In this document: in pieces, positions 63,651 to 64,000 of the stretch
Numbering within the stretch: position 1 is the first letter of the stretch
Layout: each line of letters begins with the position of its first letter
Source of the DNA: Cyanidioschyzon merolae
Lineage: Eukaryota
DNA length: 64,000 nt
Reading direction: 5' to 3' (one strand)
NCBI GenBank assembly: GCA_000091205.1
Contig: AP006496.2
Notes under the pieces: generated by a model
What the model saw: only the letters and a program-made list of their open reading frames with translations
Database searches by the model: none
What the model was told of the DNA's origin: nothing
Program-made: the position numbers and the translations under genes

Positions 63651-64000
63651 CTAAGCGGACTTGAGCGGCAGCGCCTCGCTTCTATGCAGGGCTTGTAGCA
63701 GGCAAAACGCGCCAATACTTATTTTGTAAAACGAAAAATGCTTCGTGGACATGCAGGATAAACTAATACCGATGCGCAGACGCCTAAGAGCGTTTTTGGA
63801 CCAGTCGCCTGCTATCGGCTTCAGTTTCTCCTTGCACACTTCGAGCATCAGAGCCTGCCTCACAAAGTTGTATCGAGTCGGCTCCTGTGGTTTCATCTTC
63901 AGCACCGCACATCTTCTCTTATTGATGGCGGCGAAGTATCAGTTTGCGATCTCTTTGCATTCATTGACGCTGCTTGAGCTCACCGATGGAGGGATTCCAA
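63651..64000 (-). mobile_element. C-terminal part of a third, divergent Fanzor/TnpB-like copy running off the window end
   Basis: ORF 63651-63905 (..KMKPQEPTRYNFVRQALMLEVCKEKLKPIAGD..) aligns with ..[32 protein letters not shown].. of the 55223 copy at about 45% identity. Nucleotides 63895-63945 (cagcaccgcacatcttctcttattgatggcggcg) match 55395-55430 across the RDLNAAIN-coding segment. Confidence 0.6.

Overview
This window is nuclear DNA from a GC-rich (about 60%), intron-poor, compact eukaryotic genome. Every recognisable gene is a single uninterrupted ORF. Gene spacing is about 2-3 kb, and most intergenic regions contain minisatellites with 59-111 bp units.

The dominant feature is a histone gene cluster. 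It holds canonical H4, H2A, H2B, two H3 copies and one linker histone H1. Most of it lies in two blocks of about 3 kb that are each present twice in inverted orientation at roughly 99% identity. Block A (1-2581 and 17858-20800) carries H4. Block B (3095-6455 and 22383-25490) carries the divergent H2A/H2B pair. The two H3 copies are direct duplicates 7.2 kb apart and share only the gene plus short flanks.

Housekeeping genes sit between and beyond the histone blocks:
- LSM12-like
- ADF/cofilin
- a SHAQKYF-type Myb
- RPS3
- RIO2 kinase
- a transcriptional cyclin
- arginyl- and seryl-tRNA synthetases
- TIM50
- METTL5
- branched-chain amino acid aminotransferase (BCAT)
- queuine tRNA-ribosyltransferase
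- PrimPol
- an intron-containing tRNA-Trp
- a MAPR/cytochrome-b5-like protein
- MSH5
- a membrane-anchored pepsin-like aspartic protease

The most unusual content is a locus of TnpB/Fanzor-like RuvC nuclease genes, the eukaryotic relatives of IS200/605 OrfB. One 399-aa ORF is on the minus strand (55223-56422). A 5'-truncated inverted copy forms a palindrome with it of about 2.2 kb. A divergent third copy runs off the window end at 63651. Both 3'-complete copies end 55-67 nt upstream of a co-oriented host gene's ATG.

Three GC-poor islands (about 7.4-9.2 kb, 39.1-40.5 kb, 46.7-51.1 kb) carry only fragmented ORFs.

The ORF track uses alternative start codons. Where a downstream ATG fits homolog alignments better I give that start and say so in the evidence.
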